A DNA stretch of 24,923 nucleotides from Chthonomonadales bacterium (GTDB lineage Bacteria > Armatimonadota > Chthonomonadetes > Chthonomonadales > Chthonomonadaceae), in the NCBI GenBank assembly GCA_038217285.1, contig JBBQPO010000057.1, positions 1 to 24,923 of the forward strand, read 5' to 3'. The first letter of the stretch is position 1, and each line of letters opens with the position of its first letter. Under the pieces are notes generated by a model. It had not been told where the DNA came from. It saw only the letters and a list, made by a program, of their open reading frames with translations, and made no database searches. Below, piece by piece: positions 6,784 through 16,194 of this stretch. A program made the translations under genes and the position numbers.

Positions 6784-8298
6784 TCAGGGCTGACCGGCGG
6801 CGAGGGCGGCTGCATCGACGATCTCGACCGGGCCGAACTTCTTCAGGCCCTCTTCGATCTGGCTGCGCTCGCCGACCGCGATGAGCTGAATGCGATTCTT
6901 ACCCAGGTATTTGCGCGCGACTCGCTGCACGTCGGCGGGCGTGACGGCCTGGACGCGGGTCGGATAGACGTCCCAGTAGTCCAGCGGCAGGTCGTTCTGC
7001 ACGAGGTCCAGGGTGCGCAGAAGGATGGCTTCCGGGCTCTCCAGAGTGCCCGCGAAGCTGCCGATCAAGGATCGTTTCGCGCGGTCCAGATCATAGGTCG
7101 CGACCGGCTCGTCCTGCAGGCGGGCGAACTCGCGAAAGAACTCGCGCGTCGCAGGCTCCGTGACCGGTGTCCGAACGCTCGCACTCGCCCCCCATAGCCC
7201 CGGCCACCGGCCCGCGCTCAAGGTCGAGTAGGCCCCGTACGTGTAGCCCTTCTGCTCGCGGATATTCTGGAACAGTCGTCCCGAAGACCCTCCACCCAGG
7301 ATGCGGTTGGCAACCATGAGGGGAATATAGTCCGGGTCGCTCTGGCGTACGGACAGATTGCCGAACTGCAGGACCGTCTGCGCCGAGCCGGGTCGGTCGA
7401 CCAGATAGATGCGCGTGGCAGCTTTCGGCGTGAATGCGGCTTGCGGCAGCGGGATCGTCGGCGCACCGGATTTCCAGGCGCCCAGCGCCGCCTCCAGTTT
7501 CGGGCGCAGGGTCTTGATATCGACATCCCCGGAGACGCCCATAATCGCGCCGTTGGGTCGGTAGAAGGCGGTGTGAAATCCCGCCAGGTCGGCTGGAGTC
7601 AGCGCCGTGATCGCCGCAGCGGTCGGAGACGCCCGTCCGTACGGTGTTTCGCCGTAGTAGAGATGCGCCGCCAGTTGCGCCGCAAGGCCCGCCGGATTGG
7701 TGCGCCGCTGCGCGATTTGGGACTTCTGCTGGAACTTGATGCGCTCCAGACGGTCGGCTGGAAAGGCAGGGTGCAGCAGCACATCGGCCAGGAGGGCGAT
7801 CAGCGCGTCGGTCGATTCGGACAGGCCGGTGACTCCGACCGTCGCGGTGTCCGCTCCGGCCCGACTGCTGAGCGTCGCGCCCATGTCCTCGGCGGCTGCC
7901 GCGAGCTGCAGATAGTCCCGCGTCTGTGTGCCTTCGGTCAGCATCGCCGCCGTCGTCTCGGCGACCGCCGACTTCGGCTCGAAGAGCGTGCCCGCCTGCA
8001 GCGAGAGTTGAAACCGGACGGCGGGAAAGCGATGGTCCGCGAGAACATAGACGGCCACCCCGTTCGAGAGCGTGAACATCGTCGGTTTCGGCAGCCGCAC
8101 GGTCAGTACCGTGCGCGCGACGGGCGCCTTGCCCTTGAGAACCGCGCCGCCGGTGTTCGGAGCCACGCCTGTCGTCTCCTGCGCCTGCACACCGGAGCTG
8201 AGCAAGGCTGCACTTAGAAGCGCTGCCGCTGCGAGAAGGGAGACGGCGCGGCCGACAATCGGGGATCGACGTCGTTGTGGTGTCAATAATGGGGTCAT
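6784..8298 (-). CDS. M16 family (pitrilysin/insulinase) peptidase, non-catalytic subunit
   Basis: M16 fold motifs. No HxxEH. Has LGGGSSGRLFQNIREQKGYTY (R/Y pair). Signal peptide. Confidence 0.9.
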   Translation of the reverse strand: MTPLLTPQRRRSPIVGRAVSLLAAAALLSAALLSSGVQAQETTGVAPNTGGAVLKGKAPVARTVLTVRLPKPTMFTLSNGVAVYVLADHRFPAVRFQLSLQAGTLFEPKSAVAETTAAMLTEGTQTRDYLQLAAAAEDMGATLSSRAGADTATVGVTGLSESTDALIALLADVLLHPAFPADRLERIKFQQKSQIAQRRTNPAGLAAQLAAHLYYGETPYGRASPTAAAITALTPADLAGFHTAFYRPNGAIMGVSGDVDIKTLRPKLEAALGAWKSGAPTIPLPQAAFTPKAATRIYLVDRPGSAQTVLQFGNLSVRQSDPDYIPLMVANRILGGGSSGRLFQNIREQKGYTYGAYSTLSAGRWPGLWGASASVRTPVTEPATREFFREFARLQDEPVATYDLDRAKRSLIGSFAGTLESPEAILLRTLDLVQNDLPLDYWDVYPTRVQAVTPADVQRVARKYLGKNRIQLIAVGERSQIEEGLKKFGPVEIVDAAALAAGQP

Positions 8299-8299
8299 C

Positions 8300-9748
8300 T
8301 TAGAGACCTGCCTTTCGGTCGTCTGCTCGCGATACGGCGAAGAACGGAAGGCCAGGTTCGGACTCCGGAACCGCGATCACCACCGCGCGGTTCTCCTTGT
8401 TGAGGTACTGCTTCGCCACCCGCTTCACATCGGCGGCCGTCACCGCTTCCAGGTGGGGCAACTGCGTGTTGATGCGCCCTGGATCGTTGTAGAAGATCGC
8501 GTTTTGGGAGAGGGCGTTCGCGCGGCCCAGCACCGTCTGTAGTCCGCCGCCGCGCCCTCCTCCGCCTCGCCCACCGCCACCGCCCACCAGAGTGCGCGCC
8601 CGCGCCTGAGTCCGTGCCCGCTGCACCTCGGCCTCCGTCACACCGTCGGTTTGTATGCGGGTGATCTCGGCGTCGAACGCCTTCTCCAGATCCTCCGTAC
8701 TGGCCCCAGGCGGCAGTGTGGCCGAGAATGAGAACAGCCCTGGCCCACGCGACCCGCTCATTCCGGCATTGGCGTTCAGCGCCAGTCGCTTCTCAACGAT
8801 CATGCGGTTCAACCGGGCCGTTCGGCCCCCGCTCAGGATGCTGCCCAGGACGCTGAGCGCATCTGCGTCCGGACTGTCGCCCGGCACGGTCTTATAGGCC
8901 GCCTCGTATCGCGTCAGGCGCGCCAGTGGGTCCGTCAGTTCCTTGCGTTTTTCCCCGTTGATCGGCGTCTCGGTGAGGTCCGGAGCCGGAGGCTGGGGCT
9001 GTCTGGCGATGCCTCCGAAATACTTTTCGATCTTGCTCTTCGCCGTCGCCTCGTTGAAGTCGCCGACCACCGCGATGGCCGCATTGTTCGGGGCGTAGTA
9101 AGTTTTGAAGAACGATTTCACATCGTCGAGCGTCGCCGCGTTCAGATCGGCCATCGACCCAATGGTCGTATGCTTATAGCCGAAACTGGAGTAGGCAAGA
9201 CTCTGGATGGCTTCGTTCATGCCGCCGTACGGCTGGTTATCGTAGCTCTGCCGCTTCTCCTCCTGGACGACCGCGCGCTGATTGTCGAGGTTCGCCTGGC
9301 TAATGTCCAGCGAGCGCATCCGGTCGGCCTCCAGAAAGAGCGCGAGGTCGAGTTGGTTGGCAGGCACCGTCTCGAAATAGTTGGTGCGATCCCCATTCGT
9401 CGTGCCGTTCATCGTGCCGCCATTGTCCTGGATCAGCAGCATGTGCTCGCCCTTGCCGACGTTTTGGGAGCCCTGGAACATCATATGCTCGAACAGATGG
9501 GCGAATCCGGTGCGACCCTCCCGCTCGTTGCGCGAGCCGACGTCGTAGGTCACGCTGACCGCAATGACCGGAGCGTTGTGGTCCACCGAAAGGATCACGC
9601 GCAGGCCGTTCGCCAGCCGATAGTCCGTAAACTTGATCTGAGGCACCGGAGCCGCCGTGCTAGGCGGATCTGCCTGGCACACGGTGGCTGCGCAAAGCGC
9701 GGTCATTGCCACGCCCATTGCGGCGATTCGAGAATGTTTGTGGTTCAT
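8300..9748 (-). CDS. M16 family zinc peptidase, catalytic subunit
   Basis: GFAHLFEHMMFQGS (HxxEH), NGTTNGDRTNYFE, downstream EE. Start re-assigned to ATG 9748 with AAGGAG RBS. Signal peptide. Confidence 0.93.
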   Translation of the reverse strand: MNHKHSRIAAMGVAMTALCAATVCQADPPSTAAPVPQIKFTDYRLANGLRVILSVDHNAPVIAVSVTYDVGSRNEREGRTGFAHLFEHMMFQGSQNVGKGEHMLLIQDNGGTMNGTTNGDRTNYFETVPANQLDLALFLEADRMRSLDISQANLDNQRAVVQEEKRQSYDNQPYGGMNEAIQSLAYSSFGYKHTTIGSMADLNAATLDDVKSFFKTYYAPNNAAIAVVGDFNEATAKSKIEKYFGGIARQPQPPAPDLTETPINGEKRKELTDPLARLTRYEAAYKTVPGDSPDADALSVLGSILSGGRTARLNRMIVEKRLALNANAGMSGSRGPGLFSFSATLPPGASTEDLEKAFDAEITRIQTDGVTEAEVQRARTQARARTLVGGGGGRGGGGRGGGLQTVLGRANALSQNAIFYNDPGRINTQLPHLEAVTAADVKRVAKQYLNKENRAVVIAVPESEPGLPFFAVSRADDRKAGL

Positions 9749-9921
9749 AGAACTCCTTCCGGAGATGGGGAAAAGCATTTGGTTGCGGTACTCTCCTACA
9801 GTTCGTCTTTATCAGCAGATTTCCTTCGCACCTTCGGGCACACGGTGAGCGGCCGTTGAAATCATTCCCCGCGCGGCATCGTAATGGATAAGTGAAGAGT
9901 TCAGCGGAACGAGAGGACACA

Positions 9922-10755
9922 ATGCAAGACGACTATCCATATCACGGTGAACCCGGACGGGGCAGGGGTGAGGCAGCGCTTATCGACAATCGACGGCTGT
10001 TGTTTCTTGCCACGCTGATTACCGTCGGACTGTGGTTTGTGCCCTATAGCGACTATGTGCTCTATCCGTTGCGGCTCTTTGTCACGTTCATCCATGAGAG
10101 CGGGCATGCGATGGCGGCGCTGCTGACAGGAGGGGGCGTAGACTCCCTGCATGTCAGCCCCGCAGGCAGCGGTGTAACGTGGGTGCGGGTGTCGCCGCTC
10201 TGGGCGTGGGTGTCGCTCTCGGGCGGCTACGTAGGGGCGGCGCTGTTTGGAGCCGTGCTTCTCCAGGTCGGAAGACTGACGCGCTGGCGCAATGCGGGGC
10301 GCTCCGCGCTCTATGCGGCCGCGTTCTATATTCTGGGTATCACTCTTCTCTGGGCGCACAATCCGTTCAATAATCCCCAAAATGGTATCACACACGGGGG
10401 AGCGCCGGACTTCTTTACCTTTCTGGCAGGCGTCTGCCTCTTTCTGTTGCTGTTCGCGCTGGCTCGACTCTCGTCCCCGCGCATCGCCACCTTTCTGGCC
10501 GCGTTTCTGGCCGTGCAGTGTAGTCTGAACGCGCTGGTAGATCTGCGCACCCTGCTCTTTATCACGACGAACAACCTGGGGGATAACGATGCGGTGTTCA
10601 TGTCGCAGCACTATCTGCTGCCGCCGACCTTCTGGGCGCTGCTCTGGGCCGGAATGGCCGTGACAGCGATTGGAGTGTCCCTCTGGATCTATAGCCGGGC
10701 GATTTCGGCTCAACTGCGCGAACAGGGGCGTTACGAACCGATGCGGATCGAATAG
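9922..10755 (+). CDS. M50B-like membrane metallopeptidase
   Basis: FVTFIHESGH (HExxH in TM), GGYVG, NDA motif, multiple TM helices. ATG 9922 after GAGAGGA. Confidence 0.85.
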   Translation: MQDDYPYHGEPGRGRGEAALIDNRRLLFLATLITVGLWFVPYSDYVLYPLRLFVTFIHESGHAMAALLTGGGVDSLHVSPAGSGVTWVRVSPLWAWVSLSGGYVGAALFGAVLLQVGRLTRWRNAGRSALYAAAFYILGITLLWAHNPFNNPQNGITHGGAPDFFTFLAGVCLFLLLFALARLSSPRIATFLAAFLAVQCSLNALVDLRTLLFITTNNLGDNDAVFMSQHYLLPPTFWALLWAGMAVTAIGVSLWIYSRAISAQLREQGRYEPMRIE

Positions 10756-10774
10756 GAGTGTGGGGAAGGTTGAA

Positions 10775-10990
10775 ATGAGGCTATCGAAGTCACGCACCAA
10801 AGCCGGCGAAGCTGGCTCTTGTGAGCATTGCGGCGCGCTTACCTACGGCGATACGCTGCGCTGCCCGCAATGCCATAAGTTCCCCGTCAAGATGCACCGC
10901 TGTCCACACTGTCAGTGCATCTCCGCGCAGACCGCCGACCGATGCTGGAAATGCGGGCGCATGTTCCTCCCGGACGGAGACTATCTCTGA
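10775..10990 (+). CDS. Double zinc-ribbon protein (71 aa)
   Basis: Four CxxC pairs (CEHC, CPQC, CPHC, CWKC). ATG after GGAAGG. Confidence 0.75.
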   Translation: MRLSKSRTKAGEAGSCEHCGALTYGDTLRCPQCHKFPVKMHRCPHCQCISAQTADRCWKCGRMFLPDGDYL

Positions 10991-11053
10991 ACGCAAACGC
11001 TGCGATACCCGGCCCGCTTCGTACGTTGAAAACTGCCTTGCCTCTCCCTTCCC

Positions 11054-11069
11054 TGTGATCTATTTCACA
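11054..11069. promoter_or_regulatory. CRP/FNR-family-like (or Rex-like) binding site
   Basis: TGTGA-TCTATT-TCACA, 14/16 identical to the CRP core consensus TGTGATCTAGATCACA. Extra TGTGA half-site at 11077-11081. Confidence 0.6.
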
Positions 11070-11090
11070 CCTTTTTTGTGATCCTTGCAC

Positions 11091-11119
11091 TTGACCCTGG
11101 GCCTCCGACTCACTATAAT
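11091..11119 (+). promoter_or_regulatory. Sigma70-type promoter
   Basis: TTGACC-17 bp-TATAAT upstream of the MBL gene. Confidence 0.75.
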
Positions 11120-11193
11120 GAGTGCATGGTTCTGCGTACAGCGCGCTCCGGGCGTTCTGCCGGGGGAGAGCCTGCATTCGGAGAAGAGACGCA

Positions 11194-12027
11194 ATGAAGA
11201 TTACGCTGTTGGGTACCTCTGGTGCGGAAGGCTGGCCGGGTCTATTCTGTCGGTGTCCTGTCTGTCGCATTGCGCGCGCAGAGGGTGGTAAAAATCTGCG
11301 GACCCGTTCGTCCGCCCTCATCGACGGCGTCCTCAAACTGGATTTCCCCTCCGACATCTTGCAGCAGGTCGTGCGGTGGAATATCGATCTGCTCGATCTG
11401 CGCGCCATTCTCTTCACGCATTCCCACGATGACCATCTGTGCGCCGCCGAACTGCAGTATGCCGGCCCCTACTTCGTTCCCTCACCCATTGCCCGGCGTA
11501 TGCCCATCTATGGTCCCATCGACGCTATCTGTAAGATCGAGGCCGCTGTCGATGTCGACCGTCTGCCGTTCACCCTGCATGTTCTACAGCCCGAAGAGGC
11601 GGTCGATGTCGCCGGATATAGGGTTACGCCCGTGCTGGCGCAGCACGACCCGAAACTGGTCTGCTTCAACTATATGATTACCGACCCGACAGGCGCAACG
11701 CTGCTCTATGCGACCGACACGGGCTGGTACGAAGAGGCGACATGGCGAATACTCGAACAAAACCGTTTTGACGGCGTCGTGATCGAGTGTGGGAATGGCC
11801 CGGAGGAAGGCGGTTATTCCGGCCACCTCACCATCCGGGAGGTTCATGCGTTGCGGGAACGGCTGCTGGCGAGCGGCAGTATCTCCGCCGCCGCGCCGGT
11901 TGTCGCGACCCATTTTCCGCACCTGGGCGGCATGCTGCACGACGAACTGGAATCCACGCTCGCCCCGCATGGCATTACCGCCGCCTATGACGGCCTCGAT
12001 GTCGTGATCCACCCTCCCTCGCCGTAA
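11194..12027 (+). CDS. Metallo-beta-lactamase-fold hydrolase, PhnP-like phosphodiesterase
   Basis: MKITLLGTSGAEGWP, C-x-C-xx-C zinc site, THSHDDH, YATDTG, GHL, ATH. Start re-assigned to ATG 11194. Confidence 0.88.
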   Translation: MKITLLGTSGAEGWPGLFCRCPVCRIARAEGGKNLRTRSSALIDGVLKLDFPSDILQQVVRWNIDLLDLRAILFTHSHDDHLCAAELQYAGPYFVPSPIARRMPIYGPIDAICKIEAAVDVDRLPFTLHVLQPEEAVDVAGYRVTPVLAQHDPKLVCFNYMITDPTGATLLYATDTGWYEEATWRILEQNRFDGVVIECGNGPEEGGYSGHLTIREVHALRERLLASGSISAAAPVVATHFPHLGGMLHDELESTLAPHGITAAYDGLDVVIHPPSP

Positions 12028-12142
12028 CGTTGATGACCTGAAGAGGGCAGGAAATCGTCCCTCCCGCCACGAACCCTACTCCTGAAGTTACCAAGAGGAA
12101 CCGTCTGTCTGCCCAGGAGGCAGGCTTTCGGGAGAGGGCACT

Positions 12143-13741
12143 ATGGCGGAAGCAAGCGAAGTTGCTTTAAATCAGGTTGCGATCCTGCTGCGGGCAGGCG
12201 ATGATGTCGCGGTTGCGAAGACCCGCATCGCAGGCGGGACGGTGCTGAACTACGCGGGTGGCGCGTTGGCCGTGCGTACAGACGTACCTGCCGGACATAA
12301 GTTTGCGCTTCATGCTGTGTCGGACGGAGCGCCGGTTCGAAAATATGGGCAGATCATCGGTTATGCGACCGCCGATATTCGGCCAGGCGAACACGTCCAC
12401 ACCCGTAACCTGGGTTTTGGCAAGGGACAGGCGGAAGGGGCGGGAGCGCTCCACCTGGACTATGAGTACAGCACCGCGATCCCCTCCGTGGACTACTATT
12501 CTCCCGAACAGATGCGCTCTTTCCCCGGTTATGCCCGCTCCGACGGTCGCGTCGGTACCCGCAACTACGTCGGCCTTGTCTCCACCGTCAACTGCTCCGC
12601 CTCCACCGTGCAGGCCATTGCCGATCATTTCCGCTCTCCAGACGCTCTCCGCGACTTTCCCGGCGTAGACGGCGTCGTGCCGTTTTCCCATAAGAGCGGC
12701 TGCGGGATGCACCTCGGCGGCGCCGACTACGCGCAGTTGCAGCGCACACTGGGCGGCATGGCGAACCATCCTAATATCGGTGGCTATCTCCTGGCCGGGT
12801 TGGGCTGCGAGGTCAATCAGGCGCTCAGTATGGCCCAGAACGAGGGGCTGATCACGGCGGAGTCGATACGGGTCGGACGTCCGCAAATGCCTCCGACTGT
12901 CATCATTCAGGAAGAGGGCGGGATTCGCAAGGCGGTGCTGCGCGGGATCGAAGAGACCGTAAAGCTGCTCAGGCAGGCGAGCGACACAAAGCGGACCCCG
13001 CAGCCGATCTCCAGCCTGCTGGTCGGGACGAACTGCGGCGGGAGCGACGGGAACTCCGGTATCACGGCCAATCCGGCTCTGGGAGATGCAGGGGACGAAT
13101 TCGTGCGCTACGGCGCGGGGTGGGTGCTGGCCGAGACGTCGGAAACCTACGGCGCAGAGCATCTGCTCACCCGGCGCGCCGTGACGCCGGAAGTCGGGCA
13201 GAAGCTGGTCGCCCTGATGCGCTGGTGGGAGTGGTATACGGGAATGTGGGGCGCCAGCATCGACGCGAATCCCTCGCCCGGCAACAAAGAGGGGGGCCTG
13301 ACGACCATCTACGAGAAGTCTCTCGGCGCGCTTGCCAAAGGCGGTTCCTCGCCGCTGGTCGAGGTCTACAAGTTCGCCGAACGCATCGACAAAAAAGGGT
13401 TTACGTTTATGGACACGCCCGGCCACGACCCGGTTTCGGTGACAGGACTGGCGGCGGGTGGCTGCAACCTCATTGTCTTCACGACCGGTCGGGGCTCCTG
13501 TCTGGGATTCAAGCCTTCTCCCGTCCTCAAGATCTCCACCAACACGCCGCTCTACCATCGGATGGAAGAGGACATGGACATCGATGCAGGCGTCATTCTG
13601 CATGGTGTATCCATCGCCGACGTTGGGCGTCAGATATTCGAGGAGTTGATCGCGGTGGCGGGCGGCAAGAAGACCAAAAGCGAGGCGCAGGGCCTGGGAG
13701 AGTCGGAGTTCGCTCCCTGGATGCTCGGGCCGGTGATGTAG
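12143..13741 (+). CDS. uxaA: Altronate/galactarate dehydratase family protein (SAF domain + GD_AH)
   Basis: PAGHKFA, KYGQIIG, HVHTRNL, VGTRNY, GLGCEVNQ, CGGSDG, NPSPGNKEGGLTTIYEKSLG, FTTGRGS. Confidence 0.92.
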   Translation: MAEASEVALNQVAILLRAGDDVAVAKTRIAGGTVLNYAGGALAVRTDVPAGHKFALHAVSDGAPVRKYGQIIGYATADIRPGEHVHTRNLGFGKGQAEGAGALHLDYEYSTAIPSVDYYSPEQMRSFPGYARSDGRVGTRNYVGLVSTVNCSASTVQAIADHFRSPDALRDFPGVDGVVPFSHKSGCGMHLGGADYAQLQRTLGGMANHPNIGGYLLAGLGCEVNQALSMAQNEGLITAESIRVGRPQMPPTVIIQEEGGIRKAVLRGIEETVKLLRQASDTKRTPQPISSLLVGTNCGGSDGNSGITANPALGDAGDEFVRYGAGWVLAETSETYGAEHLLTRRAVTPEVGQKLVALMRWWEWYTGMWGASIDANPSPGNKEGGLTTIYEKSLGALAKGGSSPLVEVYKFAERIDKKGFTFMDTPGHDPVSVTGLAAGGCNLIVFTTGRGSCLGFKPSPVLKISTNTPLYHRMEEDMDIDAGVILHGVSIADVGRQIFEELIAVAGGKKTKSEAQGLGESEFAPWMLGPVM

Positions 13742-13802
13742 GGCGGGAAGAGCCTGGAGAGTGTTGTACCATGCGTTACGACGCGCGATGGAGGAGAGAG
13801 GG

Positions 13803-14582
13803 ATGCTTCTAGCCGTTGATGTAGGAAACACGAATATCGTTCTCGGGGTCTACCAGGGGGCGGGAGCGGAGGCGCGCCTGATCGGCGACTGGCGCATCCG
13901 CACGGATCGCGAGCGCACGACCGACGAGCACGGGATGCTGGTCAAACATCTGTTAGAGCATAACGGCATCGCGCTGCATCAGGTGCACCATGTCGCCATC
14001 TCCAGCGTCGTGCCAACCATGAGTGAGACGCTGGCCGATCTGTCGCGCCGCTACTTCTGCACCGACCCTTTTATCGTCAGCAAAGACACAGATATCGGTA
14101 TCGCGATTCACTACCAGCCCGCGTCCGATGTGGGGGCCGACCGTATCTGTAACGCCGTCGGCGCGTTCGCCCGGTATGGAGGCCCCGTGATCGTGGTGGA
14201 CTTCGGCACCGCGACTACCTTCGACGCCATCGCGGCCAACGGAGATTACCTGGGCGGCGCGATCATGCCCGGCATCGGTATCTCGATGGACGCCCTGTTT
14301 CGCAATGCAGCACGGCTCTATCGTGTGGAGCTCGTTGCTCCGCCTCAGGCGGTCGGAACGACGACGGTTCACGCGATGCAGAGCGGGCTTGTCTTTGGCT
14401 TTGCAGGTCAGACGGATGCCATGGTCGATCGCTTTCGCAAAGAGATCGGCGAGAACGCCCGCGTCATCGCCACGGGCGGCCTCGCCGAACTGATTCACAA
14501 AGAGAGCCGCACCATCGAACTGGTAGACCAGCGCGTCACGCTCGAAGGTTTGCGTCTGCTCTTCGAGCGGCAGATCCGATAG
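13803..14582 (+). CDS. coaX: Type III pantothenate kinase
   Basis: MLLAVDVGNTN, SSVVP, GADR, VDFGTATTFD, GGAIMPG, ATGG. Start ATG 13803. Confidence 0.95.
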   Translation: MLLAVDVGNTNIVLGVYQGAGAEARLIGDWRIRTDRERTTDEHGMLVKHLLEHNGIALHQVHHVAISSVVPTMSETLADLSRRYFCTDPFIVSKDTDIGIAIHYQPASDVGADRICNAVGAFARYGGPVIVVDFGTATTFDAIAANGDYLGGAIMPGIGISMDALFRNAARLYRVELVAPPQAVGTTTVHAMQSGLVFGFAGQTDAMVDRFRKEIGENARVIATGGLAELIHKESRTIELVDQRVTLEGLRLLFERQIR

Positions 14583-14603
14583 GAGTCTCACGCGGGAAAG
14601 CGG

Positions 14604-14888
14604 TTAGTTGCCTCCGCCGCCCTCGGGGTTCTTCTCGCCTGCGGTCTCTTTCTGGACAGCCTGATCTTTTGCGGTGCTCGCATCCGGAGCGAGCGCCGCG
14701 CCGCTCCCGGCGGAGGCCCCTGCCGGTGCGCCCGCTGGCACATTCGGCACGCTGGCGGCATTCTCCGCAGGCTTCGAGCCGCCGCAACCGGTCAGGCACA
14801 GGGCAGAGGTCGTCAGGAGCAGGGCTCCCAGTACGAGCACACGTGCCCGCCGGCGCGCGGGCAGCAGAGAAGTAGTGTGGTAGAACAT
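14604..14888 (-). CDS. Small Ala/Pro/Gly-rich lipoprotein
   Basis: Lipobox LTGC after a hydrophobic stretch. RBS GAGGAG. Confidence 0.8.
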   Translation of the reverse strand: MFYHTTSLLPARRRARVLVLGALLLTTSALCLTGCGGSKPAENAASVPNVPAGAPAGASAGSGAALAPDASTAKDQAVQKETAGEKNPEGGGGN

Positions 14889-14985
14889 AGTCTGGTCTCC
14901 TCAGAGTAGAGTCACCGGCGAAGGCATGGTGCCTCCGTGGCGCGGGAAGCAAAGAAGTCCATCAGGCGGCGAGCGTCTGCCTGAT

Positions 14986-15022
14986 AAAAAGGCCGCCCGG
15001 TGCCAGAAGCTCCCGGGCGGCC
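14986..15022 (-). terminator. Rho-independent terminator downstream of the prepilin-like gene
   Basis: 10-bp IR GGCCGCCCGG/CCGGGCGGCC followed by TTTTT on the minus strand. Confidence 0.8.
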
Positions 15023-15062
15023 AAGGGAAGCGCCTGCCGCTGAAGCGGCAGCTGCGCAGAGA

Positions 15063-15929
15063 CTACGGCAGGGCGCAGGGTGTTACGCCATTGGACGCGG
15101 CGTAACCGACCAGCGCAGCGCGTTCCCCCGCTTTCGGACAGAAGAACTGAGCGCCACGGCAGTAGGCCTGCCCTTTGATGCCACCTTTGGTGCTGGTGCT
15201 GGGAGGCAGCGGATGCGGGAAGACGTCGTCCGCCTTACGGTATTTGGCATGCCCGTCGAGGAAGACGTAGTTCGCGCCGTCCGAATGCCGATAGGGACGA
15301 TCGCGATTGTTCGGAACGCCGGTGACGACGACATTGTAGCGCTGCTGGTAGCCTGAGAAGTGGTGCGGCATATCCATCAGGCCGAACGTTGAGGCATCGC
15401 CGAGGAATATACAACTGGCCGGTGAGTCGATGGCCGGGATCGCGAGATAGCGAAACGCGTACGGACTTTTGGGATCGTAGTCGTAGACGTAGGCGTAGTT
15501 CAGGCCATAGCTGCGGCCCGTGGTCGATCCATCTGCGGCGCCGTCCGGGCAGTGCCAGACGCCACTCCAGTTCGGAGCGGAGATGTTGGCAGGATCGCCG
15601 TTCTTGACATACGGGTACAGTTTGGCGTCCCAGTAGCGATCAACCGTATCCTGGCCGGGAAAGGCGGCACACGGAACCGTCGAGACGCCGTTGGTGATGC
15701 AGTAGAAGTACTCGCTGAAGGTCGGGAAGCCTTCGTCGTAGTCCTGCGCATACATCATGAGGGCGGTTCCCATCTGCTTTTCGTTGCTCAAGCAGGAGAT
15801 GGCGCGGGCCTTCTCGCGAGCCTGCGCAAAGACGGGGAACAGAATAGCGGCCAGAATCGCGATGATCGCGATCACGACGAGGAGTTCGATCAGCGTGAAG
15901 CCTCGTCGTTTGATAGTACTAGATTGCAT
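15063..15929 (-). CDS. Prepilin-type N-terminal cleavage/methylation protein, DUF1559-like, with H-X9-DG C-terminal motif
   Basis: [68 protein letters not shown] 15929 after AAGGAG. Confidence 0.93.
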   Translation of the reverse strand: MQSSTIKRRGFTLIELLVVIAIIAILAAILFPVFAQAREKARAISCLSNEKQMGTALMMYAQDYDEGFPTFSEYFYCITNGVSTVPCAAFPGQDTVDRYWDAKLYPYVKNGDPANISAPNWSGVWHCPDGAADGSTTGRSYGLNYAYVYDYDPKSPYAFRYLAIPAIDSPASCIFLGDASTFGLMDMPHHFSGYQQRYNVVVTGVPNNRDRPYRHSDGANYVFLDGHAKYRKADDVFPHPLPPSTSTKGGIKGQAYCRGAQFFCPKAGERAALVGYAASNGVTPCALP

Positions 15930-16113
15930 GATGGCGTTTCTCTCCTTAGATGAGTATGAGTGTCGAATAGACCTTCTTCCTCGATAAGTCCTCAATCCCC
16001 TGAGTCGGCATCATCGCCGTACAAACCGTTAGACGCCAGTCTGGGGATACCGTTTCAGAAAATTCTGTAGCGCGGGGCGGGAGACAGAATGGACTGGCTA
16101 AATAACATAGTCT

Positions 16114-16131
16114 TGTCTATTATATCAGACA
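16114..16131 (-). promoter_or_regulatory. Extended -10 promoter (TGaTATAAT) embedded in a TGTCT-N8-AGACA inverted repeat
   Basis: Minus strand CTGTCTGATATAATAGACAAG immediately after the sucB terminator. Confidence 0.55.
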
Positions 16132-16138
16132 GAAGAGC

Positions 16139-16177
16139 AAAAAAACAAGTCCCCTGTTCCATTACGGGACAGGGGAC
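16139..16177 (-). terminator. Rho-independent terminator of sucAB
   Basis: GTCCCCTGT...ACAGGGGAC 9-bp IR followed by TTGTTTTTTT on the minus strand, just after the sucB stop. Confidence 0.88.
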
Positions 16178-16194
16178 CGTTGCGACAGCGGAGT

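Noticed and set aside
12167..13831. Long antisense ORFs (also 18917-20377, 9901-10800, 21819-22703, 1909-2451 and others)
   Set aside because: Typical shadow ORFs of high-GC codon bias opposite well-supported genes, with no motifs.
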